A stretch of 64,000 nt of DNA. It comes from Methanobacteriota archaeon. GTDB taxonomy: Archaea > Halobacteriota > Bog-38 > Methanoflorentales > Methanoflorentaceae. The stretch lies in NCBI GenBank assembly GCA_963720465.1, contig OY970393.1:1920001-1984000 (forward strand), read 5' to 3'. The translations under genes were made by a program, and so were the position numbers. The notes beneath the pieces are model-generated. The model was not told the DNA's origin. It did no database searches and saw only the letters and a program-made list of their open reading frames with translations. Shown in pieces: positions 51,521-61,784 of this stretch. Position 1 is the first letter of the stretch. The number at the start of each line of letters is the position of its first letter.

Positions 51521-52171
51521 TCAAACCGATGCATTCAAGGGTGCGTAAAGGAGCAACACTCTGAGCGCAACCGCTGTCAGCACAAAACCGAGGATGGCCC
51601 CCGTGATCGCCTGCGCGACCGTATGCTTCTTGAGGTAGACCCTGCTCCAGATAACGGGCGGCAAGAGCAATCCGAGTAGCACGCCCCAATAACCGAAGAC
51701 GAATATGAGAACAGTCGTTGGTCCTGCGATGCCCATCGTGTGGATGCTGATCTTCCAGTACAGATTGATAAAGAAAAGGCAGAGCGTTCCAGCAAAATAG
51801 CCAAACATGAGGGCGGTCGTAAGCAGCGGCGCATGTGCGGCAATCAATACGACAGTCCCGATGAGGTATGATGTGCAGGCGAAGAGCAGCGGATGGCTCC
51901 TCTCTGTTCTCGCGGGAACGTCAAGGTCAAACTTCGCCTTCGTTCTCGTTTCCCAGATCAGCAACATGCTGAGGGGCACAATTGCCGCAAACAGTGTGGT
52001 GATACACGTGACCGCGACAAACGGAAATCCCCGCAACAAGGAATAGTTAATGAGTGAGAACATGAGCACAGCAATGACTGGAGGGATCGTCATATCCGAG
52101 ACGAAGGAAGCCCATTTACGTTTATTACTATCTCCGTCCGAGACGCGACTGTTTTGCATCCGCCCCCCCAT
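51521..52171 (-). CDS. PAP2-superfamily membrane protein
   Basis: WKISIH, WSRVYLKKHTVAQ, multiple TM segments. Confidence 0.8.
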   Translation of the reverse strand: MGGRMQNSRVSDGDSNKRKWASFVSDMTIPPVIAVLMFSLINYSLLRGFPFVAVTCITTLFAAIVPLSMLLIWETRTKAKFDLDVPARTERSHPLLFACTSYLIGTVVLIAAHAPLLTTALMFGYFAGTLCLFFINLYWKISIHTMGIAGPTTVLIFVFGYWGVLLGLLLPPVIWSRVYLKKHTVAQAITGAILGFVLTAVALRVLLLYAPLNASV

Positions 52172-52472
52172 AAACGCTGCAGTGGTATAACGCTTCTGTT
52201 TTTTTTAGCTCCGTTCTGCGTAGTGGAAGGGCCCCATCCATATTCAGCGCGCGGTCGCCGCTCTCGTTTGTTGCTTTGGTCTCTCTCGCACCGGCGACGA
52301 TATGTTCCGAAGGAAAGAGCAGGGCTTTTTCTGGCTTGTTCGGGGGTTCTCTTTTTTTACGAAGCTAGTCTCCTGCGACGCGTCAACGACTTGGTGCAAC
52401 GAATACATCTTGAAAAGAAAGAAAAGGCCCAGCATCGTATCAGCGGAGCGAGGCTAGCATATTGTATATAGG

Positions 52473-53174
52473 TTGAAGAAGAACGCCCATGCGGTTGAAC
52501 GAATGGTTAAGCTCACCGAGTATAGCGCAACAAACCTTTTCGCCGAAGCTCACGTTGACCCGGAAAAGTGGAATCTACTGCCGCCCGACAACGAAGTGGC
52601 CCAGACGGTCGAAGCAATAGCGCTGCGCGGTATAGCGGTAGTTCGCGCAAAAAATGGAGAAATCGCCCTCGAAATATTAAAAGACCTGATTCCGCCAGAG
52701 GCAGAAGTGATGTACGGCTCGTCGACTACCTTGGCCGAGATTGGCTACGATGAATATGTGAATAGTGACGAATCACAATGGAACGATCTTCATCGCGCTA
52801 TCATTGCCGAAAATGACGAAGAAAAGAGACGTGCGCTAAGAAGGAAATCTGTGACGGCTGATTATTTCATCTCGGGAGCCAATGCCATCGCGCAGTCAGG
52901 CGAAATTATTGCGTGCGACAAGGTAGGGAGCCGGGTCGGAGCGTGGCCCTATGCGGCAGCTCACCTAATAATCGTGAGCGGCACTAACAAGATCGCCCCC
53001 ACGCTTGACCTCGCCTTACGCCGCGTCTGGGAGTATGCTTGCCCTCTAGAAAATGCCCGCGCACAGAGGGCATATGGGGCCTCGAGTGAGATCGGAAAAT
53101 GTGTCATTCTCGCGAAAGAGGAAATTGAGGGCAGAGTGACCCTGATTCTCATCGATGAGCCTTTAGGGTACTGA
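52473..53174 (+). CDS. LUD-domain (lactate utilization/YkgG-like) protein
   Basis: GSSTTL.EIG, ADYFISGANAI, GSRV, GTNKI, DEPLGY; start uncertain. Confidence 0.85.
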   Translation: MKKNAHAVERMVKLTEYSATNLFAEAHVDPEKWNLLPPDNEVAQTVEAIALRGIAVVRAKNGEIALEILKDLIPPEAEVMYGSSTTLAEIGYDEYVNSDESQWNDLHRAIIAENDEEKRRALRRKSVTADYFISGANAIAQSGEIIACDKVGSRVGAWPYAAAHLIIVSGTNKIAPTLDLALRRVWEYACPLENARAQRAYGASSEIGKCVILAKEEIEGRVTLILIDEPLGY

Positions 53175-53441
53175 GTGCAAGCGAAAAAAGCCCCCCGACA
53201 CGTGCCCCAAACAAATGCCGGGTCTGACGATATTTCGTTGGCGGGTGCGTGTTCCAGCAATCATCCTTGTTGCACATTAGTGAGGTTACCGTAGGCAGAT
53301 CGATACGTTGTCTGGTTTTTGGAGACTTGCACGCGTGCCTCATATTGCTGGTGATCTTTTTTGCGCGCGCGAAGAAACGTCGGTAGGAAGACTTGCTAGC
53401 ACGGGAAGAATTATTTATAACAATCCGGCCGTGAAAAATAT

Positions 53442-54875
53442 GTGAGGCTAAAACACGCACTGATAGCTATCGTTCTCGTTGCGGTGCTCGTCGCCGTCAG
53501 CGCCAGCGGGTGTACGTCGACAAATAACTCGACAAGCTCAGGAGGCGCCGTGCTAACCGCAGAGCCAACGGGCGGAAGCTGGAAGACGTTCGTCTTAAGT
53601 TCAAGCGATGAGATACGTTCCCTGCCGCCACCTTCGCAAGGCTCGCCACAATTCACTCAGGATGTCAACGAGCTGCTGGCGCTTCAGCTGAACCGAACGG
53701 CGGTGGTTAACCAAAGCATCGCTTATTGGAATAACGGTTCAGTTGTGTGCTGGAACGCGATCGCGCGCAGCCTTATCATAAAATATGGCACCTCAGCGCC
53801 CATGGCCTCACGCGTCTATGCGCTGGTGAGTGTGGCGCAGTACGATGCGCTCGTCTCTACGTGGAATAACAAGTACACATACAACCGGTCGAGTCCATAC
53901 GACCTTGACTCAAGCATTCAGCCTGCTTTGCAGACGACTAGCGACCCGGCGTACCCGTCTGATCACGCCGCTGTCGCCGGCGCATCCGCGGCGGTGCTTT
54001 CGTACCTGTATCCCAATGAAACCGCTTGGCTGAACAAACAAGCGGCTGCAGACGATGAATCACGGCTTGAGGCAGGAGTGAACTTCCGTAGCGATATCAC
54101 CGCCGGCAATGCGATCGGCCTCACCGTCGCACAGGACGTCATCAACCGTGCTAAAAATGATGGCTCGAATGTCCCTTGGACTGGCACAATCCCCACCGGT
54201 GCAGGAAAATGGGTTAGCACGACATCGCCACCGACGCCGCCCCTCTTGCCAAACTGGGGCAATGTCACCCCGTGGCTGCTTAATAAGTCGGACCTGATCA
54301 TGCCACCACCACCACCGGGATTTGGCTCTGCGCAATTCGAAGCGGGTCTCAACGAGGTCAAAGAGATCGCCAACAATCGGACGGCGGACCAACTGCAGAT
54401 CGCTCAGTTTTGGGACGATGGCAACGGGACGGCAACGCCCACGGGCCACTGGAATGCGATTGCGTGCGGCCTCATTCAAAACTATTCGCTCGACGAACTG
54501 CGCGCCGCGCGGACGCTCGCGCTAATGAATACTGCGACAGAGGACGCTGGGATCTGCTGTTGGAAAGCTAAGTACGAGTATTGGGAACTCAGGCCCATTA
54601 CGGCCGATCCGACTATCAAGACGGCCTTCGCCACTCCGAACTTCCCCTCGTACACCTCGGGTCACTCTGACTTTTCAGGCGCGGCGGCCGGGGTATTGAG
54701 TTACATCTTTCCGAAGGAACAGAGTCAGTTAGAAGCCCAGGCGCAACAAGCGTCTCTGTCTCGCGTTTACGCAGGTATCCACTACCCATTTGATTGCGAT
54801 CAGGGGCTAAAGGTCGGCAGCGAGGTCGCCCAGGTCGCAATTCAACGCGGGGAACACGACGGCTCTCCGCAATAA
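53442..54875 (+). CDS. lipoprotein with tandem PAP2/vanadium haloperoxidase-like domains
   Basis: Lipobox SASGC; KAKYEYWELRP, FPSYTSGHS, SRVYAGIHYPFD; N-terminal copy YPSDHA, SRLEAGVNFRSD. Confidence 0.85.
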   Translation: MRLKHALIAIVLVAVLVAVSASGCTSTNNSTSSGGAVLTAEPTGGSWKTFVLSSSDEIRSLPPPSQGSPQFTQDVNELLALQLNRTAVVNQSIAYWNNGSVVCWNAIARSLIIKYGTSAPMASRVYALVSVAQYDALVSTWNNKYTYNRSSPYDLDSSIQPALQTTSDPAYPSDHAAVAGASAAVLSYLYPNETAWLNKQAAADDESRLEAGVNFRSDITAGNAIGLTVAQDVINRAKNDGSNVPWTGTIPTGAGKWVSTTSPPTPPLLPNWGNVTPWLLNKSDLIMPPPPPGFGSAQFEAGLNEVKEIANNRTADQLQIAQFWDDGNGTATPTGHWNAIACGLIQNYSLDELRAARTLALMNTATEDAGICCWKAKYEYWELRPITADPTIKTAFATPNFPSYTSGHSDFSGAAAGVLSYIFPKEQSQLEAQAQQASLSRVYAGIHYPFDCDQGLKVGSEVAQVAIQRGEHDGSPQ

Positions 54876-55017
54876 GCATCATAATGGCCGACTCCCCGCT
54901 TAGCGGGAACGTACGCGCGCCGTTCATCGTAACACGAAGATTCACGCCGTGTCGTTCGAGCGGGAAATCGCAGGTGCGCCCTCCGGGGTGCATCCTGCTG
55001 TCGCTTGGGCCAACAGC

Positions 55018-55473
55018 TCAGCGGCGCTCCTTCTTGTTTTTTATCATACTATCAAAATAGTCTTCTAGATAAAATACGCGAAGATAGTCAGGCAATGAAT
55101 TCATGCGCCTGTTCATATCTTTGACCTGTAACTCCGTCGGCGGCGTTATGGTCTTTGCAAGTTCGGCACGTATCGCACGGCGTTCTTTTGCACTCAAACG
55201 AGCACTTTCAATGTTCAAGTCTGCGGTGAGCCAAAATACGAAACGGCTAAACGGGTCCTCTACACACTCTTCGATTATTTTGCCCAGGACAAGAGTTGCT
55301 TTGCGAGTCCGCCCCCCCGCGTCTGCGTAGGGATATACGAGGGTTGCCACTAGTAAGTTGTGGCTGAAAACGGTACCGATCTTTTTCCATTCGATGACAT
55401 AGTCAGGTGGGACCCCCTTTCCCACTCTGGGGCCCGTTTCCGATAATTGCGCACCTACCCCGTCACGTGTCAT
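55018..55473 (-). CDS. hypothetical protein
   Basis: 151-aa ATG ORF with no recognised motif. Confidence 0.55.
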   Translation of the reverse strand: MTRDGVGAQLSETGPRVGKGVPPDYVIEWKKIGTVFSHNLLVATLVYPYADAGGRTRKATLVLGKIIEECVEDPFSRFVFWLTADLNIESARLSAKERRAIRAELAKTITPPTELQVKDMNRRMNSLPDYLRVFYLEDYFDSMIKNKKERR

Positions 55474-55764
55474 TATCTCACGCCTTTGGAATCAACCGCG
55501 TTTCACCGCACCGTGCTTTATACAGATACCCACATACATTTAACTTAGTTCGCTGATGCGAGAAAAGGAGCAAAGAGCTTATTGGCCTTCGAGAGCCGGA
55601 TCTAAATCAGCAGTTGCTACATAGACAGCAAAATCGGGCAGCAGCGGTGCGTCAAAAGAACGATTGGTAGTGCCACAGTGGTAGGCGTTGTCCGGTTAGT
55701 AAGACAAAGCAACAAAGCGTCGGGGCGAACAAAGAAGCTTTGGCAAAAGAAGAGGTACGCAGTT

Positions 55765-56433
55765 ATGGATGTGATAGATGCGCTGCACGCCCGCTCGACC
55801 GTGCCTGCTTACAAGCCTGATCCAGTGCGGAAGGACACGATTCTGAAGATTCTGAAAGCTGCAACCCGCGCGCCTTCTTGGGCTAATACCCAGCCGTGGG
55901 AGATTTTTGTCGCGGGGGGAGAGCCGCTCGAGAGGCTGCGCACGGCGTACGTGGGGCGCTATCAGGAACGCGTGCCACCTAATCCGGATCTCTCGGCACC
56001 GCAGACGTGGCCGCCCGTCATCCGACAGCGTATGGCCGAATTGATGTCTGCGCGGGCTCGACTAAAACGCACTGACAGAGAACGCGACGGTGCCGCTGTT
56101 CGACAAAGCTTGTTCGAATCCAACTATCGGTTTTTTGGTGCGCCGGCCGTGGTTTTTCTTTGCATGGATCGTAACCTTTCGTCCTGGTCATTATTTGATA
56201 TGGGACTGCTGGCGCAGAGCATCATGCTGGCGGCACAAGAATATCAGGTGGATTCGGCACCCGCTTTCCTTTTCGGATCATACCCTGACCTTGTTCGTGC
56301 AGAATTAGATATCCCCACAGAGTTATCGATACTCATCGGATTGGCACTTGGTTACGCTGACATGAACCCGCAGAACCAGTATCGAAGCGTTCGGCGGTCG
56401 ATTGAGGACGTCGTTCACTGTAAGAGCCTTTAG
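55765..56433 (+). CDS. nitroreductase family protein
   Basis: MDVIDALHAR, RAPSWANTQPW, FFGAP, QSIMLAA, ALGYAD. Confidence 0.9.
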   Translation: MDVIDALHARSTVPAYKPDPVRKDTILKILKAATRAPSWANTQPWEIFVAGGEPLERLRTAYVGRYQERVPPNPDLSAPQTWPPVIRQRMAELMSARARLKRTDRERDGAAVRQSLFESNYRFFGAPAVVFLCMDRNLSSWSLFDMGLLAQSIMLAAQEYQVDSAPAFLFGSYPDLVRAELDIPTELSILIGLALGYADMNPQNQYRSVRRSIEDVVHCKSL

Positions 56434-56513
56434 TTGCAGAAATAGAAAGTACTACCAGTTCACAGCGCGGCTGGGACTCTTTTGCAAGCATTTCAACCGA
56501 GAGCAAGAGAGCT

Positions 56514-56801
56514 TCAAAGCGCTTCTTGCTGATCTCTAAGCTGTTTAACATAGTTAACTCCTTGCGCCGTAAGCGTGAGGGACGCTATCTTCCCGCCAAG
56601 AATGGGATGCGCTGTCACATATCCTAACAGGTCGAAATCCATCGCGTAGCGGTACACCTCTCGTTCATTGAAGCCCATTTTTTTAGCAAGGCTATAAAGT
56701 TCGCCGCGCTCTATGATCTTGCTGCCGTTGGATTCAGCTTGGTCGGAAAGGCAGATGATAAAGTCATTCTCGCGTTGCGGCAAATCCAAAATGAACACCA
56801 A
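56514..56801 (-). CDS. hypothetical protein (winged-helix-like)
   Basis: LLGYV...LTLTAQGVNY wing-like pattern. Confidence 0.5.
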   Translation of the reverse strand: MVFILDLPQRENDFIICLSDQAESNGSKIIERGELYSLAKKMGFNEREVYRYAMDFDLLGYVTAHPILGGKIASLTLTAQGVNYVKQLRDQQEAL

Positions 56802-57004
56802 ATGTCAGAGTATTTCTGAGAAAGGATTATACTTTCGCTCTGATCGGCTTCATATTCTCTCAGTTTACCGCTATTGGCGTGATAATCGCTCCTGACGCAC
56901 GTCTTCGAAATCACGCTCCTTGCACTCGTCTGCGGTCTTCTATTTTCCTTTATTCGGGAACAAGGGTTATTAAGCTTCAGTGGCAAAATGATTAGTGATT
57001 CATT

Positions 57005-58519
57005 ATGTCGACGCACACCGAGCATTCCGTAAGGAGTCGGCAAATCAACTCACAAGAGTCAGAACCGCTGTACTCGGCCCTCAATACGGTGAACGTCTTG
57101 TTGGGCAATGTCCTCATTCGAAAGGCAGTTCACGGCATCTGCGTCGACGACAAGCAGGCGATCTACGAAGCCTTGAGCTACTACAGCGGCCAAAGCGATC
57201 TACGCCTCTTAAAGAAGCTTAAGCTGCTGCCGATCTGTGCGTTCGTCGAACTGGGAAGAATGTCCTTCCACGTGGACAGGTCCAAGATGCAGAGGTACTT
57301 CAGTCAGCAGGTGACGCGACGCGGCCTATCGAATATCATTAAGAGCATAGCGGAGTACGGCATCAGCAAGCCCCTCAAACTTCAGGCGCCCTTTTTGGTC
57401 GTTTGGAACTACACGGATGCGTGCAATCTGCGCTGCAAGCACTGCTACCAACGTGCAGGCAAAATGTCAAAGGATGAGCTCAGCCTCGAGGAGCGGCTCA
57501 ACATCGTCGATCAGCTCGCTGACAACGATGTCGTCGCTATTGCGTTTTCTGGGGGCGAGGCGCTCCTGCGGGACGACTTCTGGGAAGTCGCTCGTTATGC
57601 TTCAGGCAAGGGGTTATACCTCTCATTGGCGACCAATGGCACGCTGCTCACAAAAGACGTCGTCCGCCGGCTTAAGGACGTTGGGGTTCAGTACTTCGAG
57701 ATAAGTCTTGACTCAGTTGATCCGGCAAAACACGACGCGTTCCGGGGTGTTGCAGGCGCTTGGGAACGCACGGTAGCGGGGATCAAAAATGTCGTGGCCC
57801 AAGATGGCGCGTACTCGTGCATCGCCAATACTCTCACGAATGAGAACTACCGCGAACTGGATGACCTCGTCGCCTTCAGCAGGAAGCTTGGCGTCAACAG
57901 GACCTTGATCTTCAATTTTATCCCTGTAGGTCGAGGTTCAGATATCATCGACATGGATTTGCCCCCGGAAGCACGCGAGCACGTTTTGCAGCAGATGTAC
58001 GGGTACTTGAGTGGGCAAGACGAGAGCTTTGAAATTCTGACAACGGCCCCGCAATTCTCACGCGTGTGCATGATGAACTCACAAAATGGCGTTATTTCAC
58101 TCGCACACGTTGGGGCAGCGGGTTTCAGCGACAAGGTGGGGTTACTCGCTGAGTACATCGGAGGATGTGGGGCCGGCCGCATGTACTGCGCCATTCAGCC
58201 GAACGGAATCGTTACCCCGTGCGTCTTCATGCCGATACCTGTAGGCGATTTGCGAACAGAATCATTTATCGATATTTGGAAGAATGCCGAGGTGATGCAG
58301 TCACTCAGGGACCGGCACGATCTTAAGGAGCACTGCGGGTCGTGCGACTACAAGAACGTTTGTGGCGGTTGCCGCGCCCGCGCGTATGCGTATTTCAACG
58401 ACATCAAAGCCCCGGACATTGGATGTATTAACAACCTGGCCGCGTACAACGCGCTAAAGGATAAATCGCGTGTGCCAAGCGTCGCGGAGACAAAAGAGGC
58501 GGCCGAATCAAGCTTTTGA
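57005..58519 (+). CDS. radical SAM/SPASM protein, putative GMGT synthase (Gms)-like
   Basis: N-terminal extension then APFLVVWNYTDACNLRCKHCY, SGGE, TTAPQF, AEYIGGCGAGR...TPC...CGSC...CGGCRARA. Confidence 0.88.
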   Translation: MSTHTEHSVRSRQINSQESEPLYSALNTVNVLLGNVLIRKAVHGICVDDKQAIYEALSYYSGQSDLRLLKKLKLLPICAFVELGRMSFHVDRSKMQRYFSQQVTRRGLSNIIKSIAEYGISKPLKLQAPFLVVWNYTDACNLRCKHCYQRAGKMSKDELSLEERLNIVDQLADNDVVAIAFSGGEALLRDDFWEVARYASGKGLYLSLATNGTLLTKDVVRRLKDVGVQYFEISLDSVDPAKHDAFRGVAGAWERTVAGIKNVVAQDGAYSCIANTLTNENYRELDDLVAFSRKLGVNRTLIFNFIPVGRGSDIIDMDLPPEAREHVLQQMYGYLSGQDESFEILTTAPQFSRVCMMNSQNGVISLAHVGAAGFSDKVGLLAEYIGGCGAGRMYCAIQPNGIVTPCVFMPIPVGDLRTESFIDIWKNAEVMQSLRDRHDLKEHCGSCDYKNVCGGCRARAYAYFNDIKAPDIGCINNLAAYNALKDKSRVPSVAETKEAAESSF

Positions 58520-58543
58520 ACGATCCGTCAGACTGCGAGGACT

Positions 58544-59974
58544 TTACTGATTTTCGGAGTGCGGGTCAACTGCCGTGCCGAGAATGGGCGTTGATTTCAT
58601 CTTAAGCGCGCCTTTGAACACTTTGTACATTACCAGGGCGAACAGAAGCTTGTCTCGGCTTAATTGCTTGAAGAGATAGTTTGGCCTCAGGTAGAACTCT
58701 TTGAATGCCTCTCTTTGAGTGTCCTGAAGCTCTCTGAGCGTAAGATCAACGGATTCAATGACCGGCGTGAGCAGCGTGAAGTGCGTCCAATCTTTTATTC
58801 TAATGAGGCCCATCTTGCTCGCGAGCTCATAGAACTTGGTGCCAGGGTACGGTGTGGCGAGCGAGAAGAGTGCGTAGTCAGGGTTCACCCATTTTGCGAA
58901 GCCAATTGTCTCATCGATAGTAGTTTTGTTCTCGCCGGGCATTCCTAGAGTCATTGAAGCGATCGTATGCATGCCGATGTCTTTTGCGGTTTTGAAGGCT
59001 CGTTTGGCCTGTGCCACTTTGGTGCCCTTTTGGACGTTGTCCAGGATCTTTTGATTCCCGCTCTCAACGCCAAAAAGCAGCGTTCGGCAGCCCGCCTTCC
59101 ACATCTGCGAGAGCAGCTCTTTATTGAACCGATCGACCCGCGCCGTGCATCCCCATACAACATCGATTCCGCGGCTGATTATCCCTTTACAGAAGCTGTA
59201 CACCCACTTTGGAAACAGGGTGAAGGTATCGTCCATGAAGCCGACCATTCTAACTTTGTAGTCATCTACTACCTGTTCCATCTCGTCTGCAGCGTTTTCT
59301 GGCGATCTGAAACGGACTCGTCGCCCGTGCATCGCACTTGACGCGCAGAATGAACAGCCCATCGGGCATCCTCTGCTGCAGATCATGGTGGCTAAGACCT
59401 GTTTGCGTCCGAAGAGCATGTATTCGCTCATCGGAAGTAGGTGACGCGCAGGGAACGGCAGGGCATCGAGATCTTCGATAGGCCTTCGTTTAGGGGTTTC
59501 CACGATGCGGTCGCCGTCGCGGTAATTGATGCCATCAATGTTGCGCAGAGGCTTTTCTTTCTCTATAGCGTCGACGAGCTCGAGGGTAGCGTATTCCCCC
59601 TCATTCCTGACCACGACATCGACGAAGTCGTTTTCACGCAAGACCTGCTCTGGCATGAAGGTGGCGTGATATCCTCCCATTGTGACTGTGCACTCAGGGT
59701 TGAGCTCTTTGGTAATTTTGCCCACTGTGAGGGCTTGCTTGATCGTCGGCGTCGTCGTCTGCACCCCGAGCAGATCGACGTGCTTATTTGCAAGCTCTCG
59801 GCGGTAGCCCTCGAAATCCATATCGAGCGCCGGCGCGTCTAAAATGGTGACCTTGACGTCGTTCTCTTCCAGTACGGCGCCGATGTACGCGAGACCTAGG
59901 GGAGGCGCGGTAAGACCTAACACATCCTTATATTTGGATGCGATGTCGGGAGGATTAACAAGGAGGACTTCCAT
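58544..59974 (-). CDS. cobalamin-binding radical SAM methylase, putative Gmm-like
   Basis: NPP...APPLGLAY, GGYHAT, SRGCPMGCSFC, FGVESG, TPYPGT. Confidence 0.88.
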   Translation of the reverse strand: MEVLLVNPPDIASKYKDVLGLTAPPLGLAYIGAVLEENDVKVTILDAPALDMDFEGYRRELANKHVDLLGVQTTTPTIKQALTVGKITKELNPECTVTMGGYHATFMPEQVLRENDFVDVVVRNEGEYATLELVDAIEKEKPLRNIDGINYRDGDRIVETPKRRPIEDLDALPFPARHLLPMSEYMLFGRKQVLATMICSRGCPMGCSFCASSAMHGRRVRFRSPENAADEMEQVVDDYKVRMVGFMDDTFTLFPKWVYSFCKGIISRGIDVVWGCTARVDRFNKELLSQMWKAGCRTLLFGVESGNQKILDNVQKGTKVAQAKRAFKTAKDIGMHTIASMTLGMPGENKTTIDETIGFAKWVNPDYALFSLATPYPGTKFYELASKMGLIRIKDWTHFTLLTPVIESVDLTLRELQDTQREAFKEFYLRPNYLFKQLSRDKLLFALVMYKVFKGALKMKSTPILGTAVDPHSENQ

Positions 59975-60080
59975 CGCGATCTCTCAATAGGTAAGGGTGC
60001 CGAAAATATAAGGTTAACCGCGGAAGGGAGCAGTTTGGGATACAGCGTCTCATTTGACGTGCGCGTGAAACGCCATGCCA

Positions 60081-60680
60081 TCAAGTCTCGCTGACGGCTT
60101 CTTTCTTAGTGAGTCGTTGCTCGAGCAGCGCCAAATGCTCCCGTTTGCCCTTTGTGAGAGCGGTTAACTCTCGCTTCGAGAGCGCTCTGAAATAGCACGC
60201 GTCGATACACGCCATGTTTTCATACCCTTTGCACCTGTCGCACTTGTATGCTCTTCGTGTGGTTTTTCGCTTTCGCGTGCGTTCGGTCTCAGCACTCATC
60301 GCTTTCCTGTCAAAGAGCATGTGCAAAACGCTTCGCTCGCGCGCTTCAGGCGCCGGCGCGGCGGGGCTCTCTTCGATGAAGATCGCATTGAACGGGCAAC
60401 TGCTCGCGCACCGGCCGCAGCCGATGCATTTGGCCTCATCGATGGATATGACGTCGTTCTCCCGCACAATAGCCTTCGGCTTGCACACCTCGATACACGC
60501 CGGGTTTTCACATTGCTTGCATACGATAGGGAGCGCTTCATCATCGAATATGAGCCCCCTCGACTGTAGCACGTCTTTCACTTTCAGGCGCGCTTTTCCG
60601 CCGTGCCGTTCCGCGCACGCCATTTCGCACACGCCACAGTTTTCGCACCTTTTCAGATTGACGGTCACTACCTCAGTCAT
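60081..60680 (-). CDS. 4Fe-4S dicluster electron transfer protein (HycB/HydN-like)
   Basis: CENCGVC..AC, CKQC..PAC..VC, CIGCGRC..SCP, KCDRC...AC..AC. Confidence 0.9.
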   Translation of the reverse strand: MTEVVTVNLKRCENCGVCEMACAERHGGKARLKVKDVLQSRGLIFDDEALPIVCKQCENPACIEVCKPKAIVRENDVISIDEAKCIGCGRCASSCPFNAIFIEESPAAPAPEARERSVLHMLFDRKAMSAETERTRKRKTTRRAYKCDRCKGYENMACIDACYFRALSKRELTALTKGKREHLALLEQRLTKKEAVSET

Positions 60681-60708
60681 AGAGTCACTCTTCTCTTCGC
60701 GCGGACGT

Positions 60709-61656
60709 TCAATAGCCGACGACAGTTTGTAGCCCTTCTTTCAATAAGTATTTGTAGGCGCCTATCGCAGCCTTTGCGCCCTCCCCAGCTGCGACGATGA
60801 TTTGTTTTTCGGGAACGGTGGTGACGTCGCCCGCTGCGTACATGCCAGGAACACTCGTCGAACAGTCGTAGTCGACGACAATCTCTCCATTCTCGTTGAG
60901 CGTGACAAGGTCCCTCACGACGTCAGAATTCGGAATCAGGCCGATTTCGATGAATATACCCGTGACCGGAAATGACACCAATGAGTTGTCAGAGAGGTTC
61001 TTGAAGACCGCTGCATTGACGGTGTCATCTCCTTTCACCTCGATGAGCTCATACCCAACAAGTAGGTCTAAGTTTGCTGCCTCGCGAATTTTCTCCAAAT
61101 ATACCTCATCAGCCTTCCAAGGGCTTCGGTTGATGAGATACACTTTGCGCGCAATGCGTGTCAGCTCGTATGCGGCGGTAAAGGCTGAGTTCCCGCCGCC
61201 GAGTACCGCGACGTCTGTATCCATAAAAAGTGGCGCGTCGCATGTAGCGCAATAACTAACGCCGCGACCAACGAATCTCTCCACACCTTTAGCATTGAGC
61301 GTTCGTGATCTTTTTCCCGTAGCAATAATAATCGTTTTTGAGCGATACTCGTCGTCTGTCTCGGTGCGCGCTACAAATGCGTCGCTTTCTTTCTCGACAC
61401 TTTTTACTTGCGCAAATGTTCGTGGCACGTTGTACTTTTCGACCTGCTTTTCAAAGCGATCCATCAAATCCGGGCCCGATATGAACTGATAGCCCATATA
61501 GTTTTCCACGTTGAGGCTGTACAGAACCTGACCGCCGATATTCTGGGTAATCAGCAGTACATTCAACATCTTTCGAGTCGCGTAGACTGCTGCGGTCAAC
61601 CCTGCTGGGCCGCCGCCGACGATTATCAGGTCATATAATACAGTGCTCTCTTTCAT
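60709..61656 (-). CDS. trxB: thioredoxin reductase
   Basis: GGGPAG, GVSYCATCD, GGGNSA, AAGD, KQIIVAAGEG. Confidence 0.9.
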   Translation of the reverse strand: MKESTVLYDLIIVGGGPAGLTAAVYATRKMLNVLLITQNIGGQVLYSLNVENYMGYQFISGPDLMDRFEKQVEKYNVPRTFAQVKSVEKESDAFVARTETDDEYRSKTIIIATGKRSRTLNAKGVERFVGRGVSYCATCDAPLFMDTDVAVLGGGNSAFTAAYELTRIARKVYLINRSPWKADEVYLEKIREAANLDLLVGYELIEVKGDDTVNAAVFKNLSDNSLVSFPVTGIFIEIGLIPNSDVVRDLVTLNENGEIVVDYDCSTSVPGMYAAGDVTTVPEKQIIVAAGEGAKAAIGAYKYLLKEGLQTVVGY

Positions 61657-61784
61657 GGCGGGTTTGGAAATGAGATTTGCGCCAAAGTGTTTAAGAATAT
61701 TGCTTGTTACCGGCGGTCATCAGGGACTGAAATGAGCTGGGGCTGCATTGAGAAAAAGTGGCGGGTGCCGTTAGCACGTCTCAT

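Noticed and set aside
56514-59974. RiPP biosynthetic cluster
   Set aside because: No precursor peptide, RRE/PqqD domain, peptidase or exporter; enzymes are convergent
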